From positions 1-64,000 of the forward strand of contig DATMBG010000035.1 in the NCBI GenBank assembly GCA_035559535.1: a stretch of DNA of 64,000 bases, in the 5' to 3' direction. The stretch's first letter is position 1; the number at the start of each line of letters is the position of its first letter. This stretch comes from Candidatus Limnocylindrales bacterium. Lineage in GTDB: Bacteria; Moduliflexota; Moduliflexia; Moduliflexales; JAUQPW01. This document shows, one piece after another, positions 29,301-38,608 of the stretch. Under the pieces are notes generated by a model, which ran no database searches, was not told the origin of the DNA, and saw nothing but the letters and a program-made list of their open reading frames with translations. The position numbers were made by a program, and so were the translations under genes.

Positions 29301-29400
29301 GTGTCCGTTGCCTTTTTGCAGAAAAACTTTAGAACTGGCTTTTCTGTTTAGAAATTAAAGCCTGCCCGAGAAGGGTTCTTACAAAATAACCCATAGCCTG

Positions 29401-31104
29401 CTAAACCCGTTTTTTGGTTTTCAGGATTTTGTCTAATCCACAGAAGATCCCCAAAATGAGAATGCCTTCAACCCAATAGGCAGAAACAGGACTTTTAAAC
29501 AGTTCGGTAAAAACATCTCGAAAGGCACCGAAAGAAAAGCCTGTATTTCTCCTCTCCAATTCGTGCCAGGTATATAAGACCGGGATTAAAGAGGTTCGAA
29601 CCAAGATTTCAAGGAAACTAACAATAGCTCTTTGTTTCTTTACTACGCGTCGGCGAATGATCTGTAAAGTCCCCATAAGGAGGGAGTATATCCAGAGTGT
29701 TAGGGACTCAAATCGATAAAGAAACAAGAATCCTTGGAGGATACTGCCCACACTGGAATAGATAAAGGGTGAAATCAGGTTGCCAAGGAATTTACCGGGG
29801 AGGGGAAACCGTAAATCTCCGGGTTTTACAAAACTTAAAAACCAGGCTTGAACAAAGGTCCCGATCCACAAAACCAGATTGGTTAGGTCATTCACATACC
29901 AAAAAAAACTGGTTACATTAATTTTTAGTAAGGAGACCAGTAACGGAAAATAGCCACTCCTGAGGATGAGTTCATGAAGGAGTTTGGATCCCGAATAATC
30001 TTCGAACCGGTTTTCTTCGTAAACAGATTTAAAAATATCCTTTGGGGTCGGATCTTCAGAAATTATTTGGGTTTTTGGTAACTCTGGTCCTGTAGAAGTC
30101 TGTACTCCCTCCCCAGGTCCTGCACTTTGACCTTGCTTAACCGTCTCAATGGTCTTACAAACCCATTCCAGCTTGCTGGCCATGTCGTCCAGCCTCTTCT
30201 CCAGGCAAGACATCAGCGATAGGACTTCTACGCTGGATGTCAGGGGCTGTGGAACAGGTTGAGGGGTTATCTCTTTCTCTTCTTCTTGAGGGACACTTTG
30301 GGAGGTTTTGAGTTCCTGGATTACCTCGGCAATAATGGCTTCATCGATTTGCTTCCTCTCACTCACAAATCCGGTCAGCAGGGCTGCATCACAGATAATG
30401 TTGATCATTCGGGGAATTCCTCGAGAGAACTCGGTGATTTTATCAATTGCTTCCGAAGAAAATAAGGCCCTATTTTGATTTCCGGCCACCTGTAAACGGT
30501 ATTGGATATAACTTTCAACATCCTTTCTATCCATTCCGGTCATATGATAGGTGACGGTAATTCGCTGAGCTAATTGTCGAAGTTGAGGTAATCTCAATTT
30601 ACGCCCTAATTCAGGTTGACCGGCCAGGATAATTTGAAGGAGCTTCTCCTTACTGGTCTCCAGGTTAGAAAGGAGTCGGATTTCTTCGAGTAAAGCGCTG
30701 CTGAGGTTTTGGGCTTCGTCTATGATAAGTAAAACGTAATTTCCAAGACTGTGTTGTTGGATCAAGAACTTATTGAGAATCTCCAGTAATTCTGTTTTAG
30801 AATTCCCCTGAACCGGCAGGCCGAAATCCCGAACAATCATTTCCAGAAGTTGTAGGAAGGTTACCTTGGTATTATTCACCTTAGCCACTTTGGTGGTATC
30901 TTTTAAGTTATTTAAAAGAACCTGGATAACAGTTGTTTTACCCGAGCCCACCTCTCCGGTAATGGTAATAAAACCTTGTCGATCTTCCAATCCATAGGTA
31001 AGATAGGCCAAAGCTTGTTTGTGGACCGAGCTGGGATAGAAAAAATCGGTATCCGGTGTAAGTCGGAAAGGTTTTTCTCTGAAACCATAAAACTGTGTAT
31101 ACAT
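29401..31104 (-). CDS. ExeA-like AAA ATPase (XrtA/PEP-CTERM-associated type) with an extra C-terminal membrane domain
   Basis: MYTQFYGFREKPFRLTPD, Walker A GEVGSGKTT, Walker B LIIDEAQNL, GQPEL, GIPRMINIICD; last ~200 aa hydrophobic. Confidence 0.85.
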   Translation of the reverse strand: MYTQFYGFREKPFRLTPDTDFFYPSSVHKQALAYLTYGLEDRQGFITITGEVGSGKTTVIQVLLNNLKDTTKVAKVNNTKVTFLQLLEMIVRDFGLPVQGNSKTELLEILNKFLIQQHSLGNYVLLIIDEAQNLSSALLEEIRLLSNLETSKEKLLQIILAGQPELGRKLRLPQLRQLAQRITVTYHMTGMDRKDVESYIQYRLQVAGNQNRALFSSEAIDKITEFSRGIPRMINIICDAALLTGFVSERKQIDEAIIAEVIQELKTSQSVPQEEEKEITPQPVPQPLTSSVEVLSLMSCLEKRLDDMASKLEWVCKTIETVKQGQSAGPGEGVQTSTGPELPKTQIISEDPTPKDIFKSVYEENRFEDYSGSKLLHELILRSGYFPLLVSLLKINVTSFFWYVNDLTNLVLWIGTFVQAWFLSFVKPGDLRFPLPGKFLGNLISPFIYSSVGSILQGFLFLYRFESLTLWIYSLLMGTLQIIRRRVVKKQRAIVSFLEILVRTSLIPVLYTWHELERRNTGFSFGAFRDVFTELFKSPVSAYWVEGILILGIFCGLDKILKTKKRV

Positions 31105-31230
31105 GGCTTCTCAATCCGTTGTTAGTTGTCTGCTATAGCCATAAATTCTATGGCATCAGGTTAAATAACTCTCCGGGTTTCGGTTTAGAGAACTTCAAGA
31201 ACCCGGTTCGATAACGAACAACGGATAGAA

Positions 31231-32025
31231 TTAATAATGATAGTAGTAATTGGAAGAAACCTGATGGACATTATTCAGCACAATTCCTAAAACATTCATT
31301 CCCTCCAGAAGCTTCAAGGCGTTTACGACATCTTCTCGAGCGGTTCGACCTGCCTGAACCACCAGGATAACGCCATCCATTTGAGTTCCCAGGATGTTAG
31401 GATCGGTCGTGGGTAATAACGGAGTGGTATCGAAGATCACATAACGATCTTCATATCGGTTTTTAATCTCTTTAATGAGGTTATGCATCTTCTGGGATGC
31501 AAGCAATTCTGCAGGGTTTGGAGGGAGATTTCCTGCCGGAAGAATGGTTAATTTGTTAATCTCGGTTTTTATAAGAATTTTAGATAGATCCAGGTGTCTG
31601 GTTAAATAATCCGATAAACCGTATTTGGGCTCAATCCCCAGAAGTTTATGAAGAGAAGACTTACGAAGATCGCCATCTACCAGGAGAACCGTTTCCTGAA
31701 GCCCCTGGGCAATGGTAATGGCTAAATTAAGGGCCGTAAGGGTTTTCCCCTCCCCGGCAACTGCACTGGTAACCATGAGGGTATTTTGAAAATCAGGTTT
31801 TGTAAGCTGAAGAATCCGGGTACGTAATTTTTTATATTGCTCTGCTGCCGGAGATTGGGGAGCTGTCAAGGTGATCAGGCGATGACGGATTAACAGGGGT
31901 TTTTCTAACCCCTTTTTAGGGGGGGGAATGACCTTAAGGGAATCGGGATCTGTAAGGGTTTCAGAAACCCGTTGAAGCTGTCTCTCCTGAGCCGCCTTTT
32001 TTAAAGCCTCTTCAATCTTACTCAT
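31231..32025 (-). CDS. CpsD/CapB-type tyrosine autokinase
   Basis: MSKIEEAL (likely start 32025), AGEGKT, LVDGDLR, FDTTP, C-terminal tyrosine cluster NYYYHY. Confidence 0.92.
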   Translation of the reverse strand: MSKIEEALKKAAQERQLQRVSETLTDPDSLKVIPPPKKGLEKPLLIRHRLITLTAPQSPAAEQYKKLRTRILQLTKPDFQNTLMVTSAVAGEGKTLTALNLAITIAQGLQETVLLVDGDLRKSSLHKLLGIEPKYGLSDYLTRHLDLSKILIKTEINKLTILPAGNLPPNPAELLASQKMHNLIKEIKNRYEDRYVIFDTTPLLPTTDPNILGTQMDGVILVVQAGRTAREDVVNALKLLEGMNVLGIVLNNVHQVSSNYYYHY

Positions 32026-32078
32026 ACCTAGAGTCCTGGTTTTAAAAGCTCGTAGAAGCGAACTGAACGTCTCCACCT

Positions 32079-33740
32079 CTACCTGCGGGTCGTTGTATAT
32101 ATGTCTTGAAACTTATTGACAAGGACCTGGAAGTAAGAAGGATTTTCTTTTAAAGCTTGCCAGGTTAAAATACCTCCGGTTATCAATAAATAAAGACCGC
32201 AGAGTGAGGCTATTAATCGGGTGGATCTTTTCCTACGTTTTATATCCTCTTCGGTGCGAATATTAGGAATTTCAACCAATACCGGCATTCCAAGATAGAG
32301 TTCTATCTCCTTTTGATCATCGAAGGGTTGATATTTATACTCAACCAGGAAAACCGTACCCAACCCTACACCGATTCCTCCTAGAAATCCCATTAAAAGG
32401 ATCCAAAGTTTATTAGGCTTAACAGGACGTAGAGGAAGAACAGGGGGTTCGATGACGGTAAAAGTGGTCCCCTTGTCTTTAACCTCCAATTCCCGGGAAA
32501 TACGCGCCTCCTCTAACCGACGGAGTAGCATTTGATAAATATTCTCGTTGACGTTATAGTCCCTGGTGAGTCGAATAAATTCTTGCTCCAGCTTGGGAAT
32601 GCTTTTGACTTTTAATTCGGCCTCTTCAATTTTACTCTGGAGTTGATCTCGCCGTTTTTCCAACGACTTGATCTGTATTTCCACCGCAGTAAGCTCCTTT
32701 CGAAGGTTTTCATAAACCGGATTGACCATCGAAGAACCTTCTGGATTTTTGATTACGATCGGTTTTGAGCTGGCCAGTTGTTTTTTGAGCATTTCGATTT
32801 CATTCTTGGTTTGAATAACATCGGGATGTTGGTCGGTGTATTGGGTTCGCAGGCCGGCCAGTTGGGATTCCAGTTCTTTAAGTTTCGTCTCGACGGGATT
32901 TGCAAGGATGGTCTTATTATTCGTGGTAGGGGGTTCCTTCTCCAACTGATTTTTTAATAGCGACATTTTCAAATTGGCTTCCTTAAGGGCTATTTCAACT
33001 TCTGTCAGAGCATTTTGATATTGTTCCAGCTTCGCCATATGACTGTTTTGGGCACCGGCTCCTAATAATTCTCCCACCGGGCTCCCCGCCTGGACTTCTC
33101 CGGTCCCGCCATCCTTCAAAACCGTCGGAATTTTATATCGTAAATCCTTGAGATTGGCTTCTTTAAACTCCCGAAGGGTTTTTTCGGAATCCTCCAGCTT
33201 CTTCTTATAAATCTGGAGTTGTTCGTTGATAAAATCAAAAGCCGCGTAAGCTTCGGAGCGCTTGGCGTTGAGATTTTCCTCGATGTATAGACCCGTTAAG
33301 GTACTGACTAAATCCCTCACCTGAACCGGATTTTGACCCTCATAACTTACGCTGAATAAATCATTTCCTTTAACGGTAACGGTTAAATTTTTTTGGATTT
33401 CTTTAATCAAGTCCTCAAACTCCACGGGGTTCTGAACGGACAGATCAAGCCCTAGTTTTTTAATGACCTTTTCAATGAGAGGGCGACTGAGTATCCCCTG
33501 ACGGAGGGTTCTCAACCGTTCTTCCATTTCTGAAGCAACCCCTAATCCTTTGGTTAACGGATTAATCACCTGGTCCCTTTCTATCAGAATGGTGGTGCTG
33601 GACCGATAGACCTCAGGTAAAATAAAACTCGCCACCGTAGCACCACACAGTACAAAGAAAAAAGGGAGGAAAAAGAACCAGGTTCGTCGGGAGAGAACCT
33701 GACGATAATATTGCAAATTGAATTGAAGGAACTTTTCCAT
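32079..33740 (-). CDS. Polysaccharide chain length determinant (Wzz/GumC, XrtA-system type)
   Basis: Two terminal TM helices, coiled coils, YTDQHPDV, FTVIEPPVLPLRPVKPN. Confidence 0.9.
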   Translation of the reverse strand: MEKFLQFNLQYYRQVLSRRTWFFFLPFFFVLCGATVASFILPEVYRSSTTILIERDQVINPLTKGLGVASEMEERLRTLRQGILSRPLIEKVIKKLGLDLSVQNPVEFEDLIKEIQKNLTVTVKGNDLFSVSYEGQNPVQVRDLVSTLTGLYIEENLNAKRSEAYAAFDFINEQLQIYKKKLEDSEKTLREFKEANLKDLRYKIPTVLKDGGTGEVQAGSPVGELLGAGAQNSHMAKLEQYQNALTEVEIALKEANLKMSLLKNQLEKEPPTTNNKTILANPVETKLKELESQLAGLRTQYTDQHPDVIQTKNEIEMLKKQLASSKPIVIKNPEGSSMVNPVYENLRKELTAVEIQIKSLEKRRDQLQSKIEEAELKVKSIPKLEQEFIRLTRDYNVNENIYQMLLRRLEEARISRELEVKDKGTTFTVIEPPVLPLRPVKPNKLWILLMGFLGGIGVGLGTVFLVEYKYQPFDDQKEIELYLGMPVLVEIPNIRTEEDIKRRKRSTRLIASLCGLYLLITGGILTWQALKENPSYFQVLVNKFQDIYTTTRR

Positions 33741-33890
33741 ACCTAGATCTTCCCTATCTAGACGACGAAATCCTGTACTGCACTAAAGAGAGAACGAAGG
33801 GCGGATTCGCTCCGGCGAGATGGATTTCGTTTTATGACATATAAAAAGATCATTTAATATAAAATATAACTTTTTTATAATTTAACTAAC

Positions 33891-35327
33891 TTATTTTGCT
33901 CCTTTTGCAAGAATAATGACACTCATAGTCTTAAGAAGAATGACCAAATCCAGAAAAAGGGAAAGATTTTTTATGTAAAAAAGGTCATATTGAAGCTTTT
34001 CCAGAGCATCCTCTTTGGAGGAACCATAGGGAAAGTTCACCTGAGCCCAACCGGTCAATCCGGGCTTGACGGTTAGACGAACCGGATAGTAAGGAATTTC
34101 TTTTTTAAGGGTTTCTACGAAATGAGGCCTTTCGGGTCGTGGTCCCACAAAACTCATATCCCCTTTGAGGATATTAAGGAGTTGAGGGAGTTCATCGATT
34201 CGAAACTTTCGTATCACCCAACCGACTCGGGTAATGCGGGGATCTTTATCGGTAGCCCAAACAGGGCCGGTTTTAGCTTCGGCGTCGACGGTCATGGAAC
34301 GAAATTTATAAACCTGAAAAGTTTTTTCCCCTTTTCCTACCCGCTCCTGGGTAAAAATTATGGGCCCTGGACTCTCTAATTTAATTAAAATGGCCGTAAC
34401 AGCCATGAGAGGTGCGGCCAGGATGAGTCCCAGAGCGGATATAACCACATCGAGGACCCGTTTGAGAACTTCGTTGGTTTTGGATTTGTTAAATCCCTGA
34501 CAAAATATTAACCAACTGGGTCGGAGTCCTTGCACCAGGATTTTGCCCGTTAGCTGCTCATAAAAATCAATGGCTTCATAGACTTTTATTCCATTTAGCT
34601 TACAATTTAAAAGAATTTGTAATGGAAAGACCATTCTGCGTTCGGCTAGAGCTACGGTAATCAGATCTATGCGGTTGTTCTTAACAATCTGATCAAACTC
34701 ACCCAAAGTTCCTATAAGGGGAACCGTCCAGAATTTATTATCCCCTTTTCCCCATACTTTCACGGTATCTTCGGGATTTGAATACCTTCCGGCCATGCAT
34801 TCATCGATAAATCCTACCAGGCAATAACCTAAATCCGGATTCGAAAGGATTTCCCGGGCTACGGCTTCACCGATTTGGGAAGAGCCTACAATCAAAACCC
34901 GCTGACGGATTCCAGGGATTTTGAAAGTATGGTTATAAATCAACCACCAGGAGCTAACCAGAACCATGGCCAGCAGGGTAGCCAAGGCTAAAATCCATCG
35001 GCCATGGGTCAAAGATGGGATAAAATAATAACTTCCTCCCATCACCGCTGCCGTAATCAGGATAGAGATAAAAATACTCAACACCAAACTTAAAGAGTTA
35101 GGCTTTATCCGGAGATTATAGAGATCGAAGAGATAAAAAATGAACTGACCTAAACCCGTAAAAATAAGAAGGCTGGGTAAAATGGGTTGTTGATAAATAA
35201 TCGGCCAGAGGGAGATTTGATATCTTATCCAGATGGCTCCATAAAACGAAATCATCAGTGCAAGGGTATTACCCAGGAAAAGAATTAAAAATCCAGCCCT
35301 TGCTGCAGGGGTTTTCTGTAACTCCAT
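33891..35327 (-). CDS. Priming undecaprenyl-phosphate sugar-phosphotransferase (PEP-CTERM/XrtA-system type)
   Basis: LRPSWLIF, KRVLDV, KFRSM, DPRITRVG, RIDELPQL, GDMSFVGPRPERP, KLQYDLFYIKN; likely ATG at 35327. Confidence 0.92.
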   Translation of the reverse strand: MELQKTPAARAGFLILFLGNTLALMISFYGAIWIRYQISLWPIIYQQPILPSLLIFTGLGQFIFYLFDLYNLRIKPNSLSLVLSIFISILITAAVMGGSYYFIPSLTHGRWILALATLLAMVLVSSWWLIYNHTFKIPGIRQRVLIVGSSQIGEAVAREILSNPDLGYCLVGFIDECMAGRYSNPEDTVKVWGKGDNKFWTVPLIGTLGEFDQIVKNNRIDLITVALAERRMVFPLQILLNCKLNGIKVYEAIDFYEQLTGKILVQGLRPSWLIFCQGFNKSKTNEVLKRVLDVVISALGLILAAPLMAVTAILIKLESPGPIIFTQERVGKGEKTFQVYKFRSMTVDAEAKTGPVWATDKDPRITRVGWVIRKFRIDELPQLLNILKGDMSFVGPRPERPHFVETLKKEIPYYPVRLTVKPGLTGWAQVNFPYGSSKEDALEKLQYDLFYIKNLSLFLDLVILLKTMSVIILAKGAK

Positions 35328-35632
35328 TTTTTCTGTACCTCCAGGTCTAGCAGGTCTGGCTGGTCTACACAAAAAGTGCCTAAATTCTTGGAGAAAGCAA
35401 CTTTTTCAGTTCTCATTTCTCCCTCTGGCATAGACCTTTCCTACCCGACCGAAAGCCAATCTGTTCAGAGTCCATGGGTTTTAATCTTCTTAGAAGAAAG
35501 GACTAGATATTTTTAAGATAAAATTTACTAAAAAATACCTCTAATGTAAAAAGATGTATTAAAAAGACAAAAGTTGCAAAAGATTCTACTACCTGAGTGA
35601 CAACGATTCTGAAGGAGGTATCCCCCCGCCCC

Positions 35633-35795
35633 CATACGCGGCAAGATAAGAATGTTGGCCCCAACGGGCAACCTGCTTAACAGGATACAGCTCGGGAGCT
35701 TGAAAAAATTCTAAATCTCTGAATCTCCGATTTGCTTCGGAGGCTACCGACCATTCGCCTCTGACGGGGCTTTTCAGCTTAACCTGACGCGTATG
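35633..35795. mobile_element. MITE-like element, family B
   Basis: TIRs CATACGCGGCAAGATAAG / CTTAACCTGACGCGTATG; shared internal GAGCTTGAAAAAATTCT and CTGACGGGGCTTTTCAG. Confidence 0.65.
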
Positions 35796-35904
35796 CTCCC
35801 TGTTCTCCCATCCAAGATGGTTAAAGAAGGAATAAATTTACCTTAAAATTATAATTATCTATCTATAAGTATAAATTATTCTAAATTAAGTCAACTGTAA
35901 AATA

Positions 35905-35920
35905 GGCAAATTATATGCCA
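35905..35920 (-). promoter_or_regulatory. Candidate sigma54 promoter heading the EPS operon
   Basis: Minus strand TGGCATATAATTTGCC (GG-N10-GC). Confidence 0.65.
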
Positions 35921-36137
35921 ATTTTGTATAAAATAAGTAAAAATTGAAAGCTGTCGATTTTGGTAGACGGGAAAAAGGGGAATTCAAGGGCAGGGCGATT
36001 TTAACAGTTGCCTTCAAGACGGAAATAACTTCAGCTTCGGAAAGAAAGAAGAAAGCTAAAAAGGGGTTTTTCCTGACCCTTTTTAGCTAAAAAATATCCA
36101 AACCGGTAGGAGCCATCCCCGGAATGGCCCTTAAACT

Positions 36138-37151
36138 TTAAGGTAAAAATTCATTGGTAAACATGCCGGAAACCTTTGTTTTTTGCTTAATTAATCCCAT
36201 ATCCATCATAAAATCCTGAAGCTCTTGCCATTTGGCTTCCGTTTGCCAGCCAACCTTAGGAACACTGTTTTTCATAAGGGGAATCAATGCTACCAAAGAT
36301 CTCTGAGCCAAATCCTTTCTAAGATCTGGATTTTGTTTAAGTAAAATCCCAAGTGCCTCGTCTGGATGGGTCATGGTAAAATCTAACCCCTTCCAGGCTG
36401 CCCGCATAAAACGTCGAATGAGATCGGGGTTTTCTTGAATAAGTTTTTCATTGGTCAACAAAACAGATTCATAAAAATCGGGAACCCCATAATCCTGAAG
36501 TTTAATCATATTCACTTCAAATCCTTCCAGCTCAATTTGAATTTTTTCCCAAACCGAGTAGGTCCCGATAACGGCATCGATCTGTTTGGTCAATAAAGGT
36601 TGAACCAGATTAAATCCTACGTCCACAACGGTGTAATCACTTCCTTTACGCAGTCCCATCCCCCCCAGAATTTTTTCCAGGTAGGCATCATCGGAGGGAA
36701 TAAGAGGGGAACCGATCTTTTTACCCTTTAAATCGGATGGCTTTGTAATACCCGATTCCTTTAAGGAAAGAATTACATTCAAGGGGTGTTGAACAATAGC
36801 TGCAATGGAAACAACGGGAAGACCCTCTGATCGCCCCAGAATCGTATCAATCTGATAACTCAACCCGAAATGATCCTGGCCGGCTGCCACCAACTTGATG
36901 GTATCTTCTGGATTAGAAGGAACATAAAGATTTACGTCTAGATTTTCATCGGCGAAATATCCTTTTTCCTTTGCAACGAACAGAAAGGTATGCAAAGACC
37001 AGGGAGTCCAATCCAGACGCAAAGAAACTTTGGCTCGTTGCTCATTGTCTTTTTCTGCTCCCTGAAGTCCAACAGGTCCGATAAAAACGGTTAAAGTGCA
37101 TAGACTTGCCAGGAAAACAAAAAAAATTTGCCTTTTAGATAAATATCGCAT
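36138..37151 (-). CDS. thiY: NMT1/THI5-like ABC substrate-binding protein (ThiY-like)
   Basis: LDWTP, AKEKGYF, AAIVQHPLN, DLKGKKIG, YGVPDFYE; last gene of the thi cluster. Confidence 0.8.
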   Translation of the reverse strand: MRYLSKRQIFFVFLASLCTLTVFIGPVGLQGAEKDNEQRAKVSLRLDWTPWSLHTFLFVAKEKGYFADENLDVNLYVPSNPEDTIKLVAAGQDHFGLSYQIDTILGRSEGLPVVSIAAIVQHPLNVILSLKESGITKPSDLKGKKIGSPLIPSDDAYLEKILGGMGLRKGSDYTVVDVGFNLVQPLLTKQIDAVIGTYSVWEKIQIELEGFEVNMIKLQDYGVPDFYESVLLTNEKLIQENPDLIRRFMRAAWKGLDFTMTHPDEALGILLKQNPDLRKDLAQRSLVALIPLMKNSVPKVGWQTEAKWQELQDFMMDMGLIKQKTKVSGMFTNEFLP

Positions 37152-37229
37152 CGTCCTTTTATCCTGGGCCTGTTGCCCGTAGTCCAGAGTCTACCTCCAC
37201 AAACAACGGACAACAAGCGGCAGGTCCTC

Positions 37230-38237
37230 TTAAGCAAAATGATCCCAGCTTTTAGCTTCTAACGGCAAGACGGTCCCATCCCTGCCGATTAATTTGTTAC
37301 CTTTCCCGGGCACCTGGATCTTTCCGATCGAGGTTACTTCTATGGAAATCTCTTTATGCAGGGTGGAGACGATCCTTTCCACTTTCTCTTCAGGTGCTGT
37401 GAATAAAAGCTGATAATCTTCTCCTCCGTATAAAGCCCAATCCAGAGGATCTTTGTGATTTTCTTCAGCTAACCTCCTCACGATATCGGAGATAGGAACT
37501 TTATCCATCCAGATCTCAACGCTTACCCGACTGACTTCACAGATTCGCTGAATATCTCCGGCCAGGCCATCACTTATATCGATCATAGCGGTAATGCATT
37601 GAAGGCCTGCCAGGACTTGACCGGCCCGGATTTGGGGCTCAGGAGTCAAATAAGCTTCTATCAAAGGTTCCACGTTTATATTTCCGGGTTCAACATTTCC
37701 CAGAAGGATTTGAAGCCCGGCTGCGGCTTTCCCTAGAGTTCCTGTAACCAAAACTATATCCCCGGGTTTTGCCCCCGATCGCAAAAGAACCCGTTCAGGA
37801 ACTACCGTCCCTAACAGGGTTACATCGATAAAGATTTCTTTCGAAGACCGGGCTAGATTCCCTCCTACGATACAGGCGCCAAAACGACCGAAGGATTCCT
37901 TCATGCCCTTATAAAGTTCCTCAACAAATTCCACCGTTGTATGGATGGGCAAAGCCAGAGAAATAAGGGCATAGCGGGGACTCCCCCCCATGGCAGCAAT
38001 ATCGCTTAAGTTGATGGCGGCTACCCGTTTCCCCAACTGATAAGGAGTAATTTTCTCCTTCAAGAAGTGTCTTCCTTCAATTTGCACATCACAGGTCGCC
38101 AGCAGAAGTTGATCTCCTGAGACGTTGAGAACTGCCGTATCGTCTCCAATTCCGATAACTTCTCCAGGTCCTTTATTTCCAATGATCTGTTTAATTCGTT
38201 GGATTAAACCAAATTCTCCAAGTTCGGTAATGAGCAT
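37230..38237 (-). CDS. thiL: Thiamine-monophosphate kinase
   Basis: GEFGLI, GIGDDTA, NLSDIAAMG, IDISDGL, GGEDYQLLFT, WDHF. Confidence 0.95.
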   Translation of the reverse strand: MLITELGEFGLIQRIKQIIGNKGPGEVIGIGDDTAVLNVSGDQLLLATCDVQIEGRHFLKEKITPYQLGKRVAAINLSDIAAMGGSPRYALISLALPIHTTVEFVEELYKGMKESFGRFGACIVGGNLARSSKEIFIDVTLLGTVVPERVLLRSGAKPGDIVLVTGTLGKAAAGLQILLGNVEPGNINVEPLIEAYLTPEPQIRAGQVLAGLQCITAMIDISDGLAGDIQRICEVSRVSVEIWMDKVPISDIVRRLAEENHKDPLDWALYGGEDYQLLFTAPEEKVERIVSTLHKEISIEVTSIGKIQVPGKGNKLIGRDGTVLPLEAKSWDHFA

Positions 38238-38263
38238 GTTTGAAAGAGAGTGGAGTAGTGCTT

Positions 38264-38381
38264 TGTTACTTTAATTTTGCTTAATGTTTAAGTGACCCTC
38301 ACCCCTGGCCCCTCTCCCACGCTGCGGGAGAGGGGAGTTGGGGAGTGAAAGCAGCCCTATGAGGTCAAAATTAAGGTAACA
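38264..38381. mobile_element. MITE-like element, family A
   Basis: 16-bp TIRs TGTTACTTTAATTTTG / CAAAATTAAGGTAACA (1 mismatch) around a CCCCTCTCCC...GGGAGAGGGG hairpin; a partial second left end follows at about 38386-38438. Confidence 0.7.
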
Positions 38382-38445
38382 GTGTAGTAGTACTCTGTTT
38401 ACTTAGTTTTGTTTAACGTTTAAGTGGTCCTCACCCCCCGGCTTC

Positions 38446-38608
38446 CCTACGTGCCAGGATAAGAAAAATAGACCCAGCGGGGCAACCTGTTTCACAGGCC
38501 GCTGCTACAGAGCCTGAAAAAATGAAGAAACCCCCCTTCCCGACTTACGTCGGGGGCTACCCAGGGTTCACCCCTGACGGGGTTTTTCAGCTTAACCCGG
38601 CGCGTATG
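38446..38608. mobile_element. MITE-like element, family B, overlapping the thiE stop codon
   Basis: TIRs CCTACGTGCCAGGATAAG / CTTAACCCGGCGCGTATG. Confidence 0.65.
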
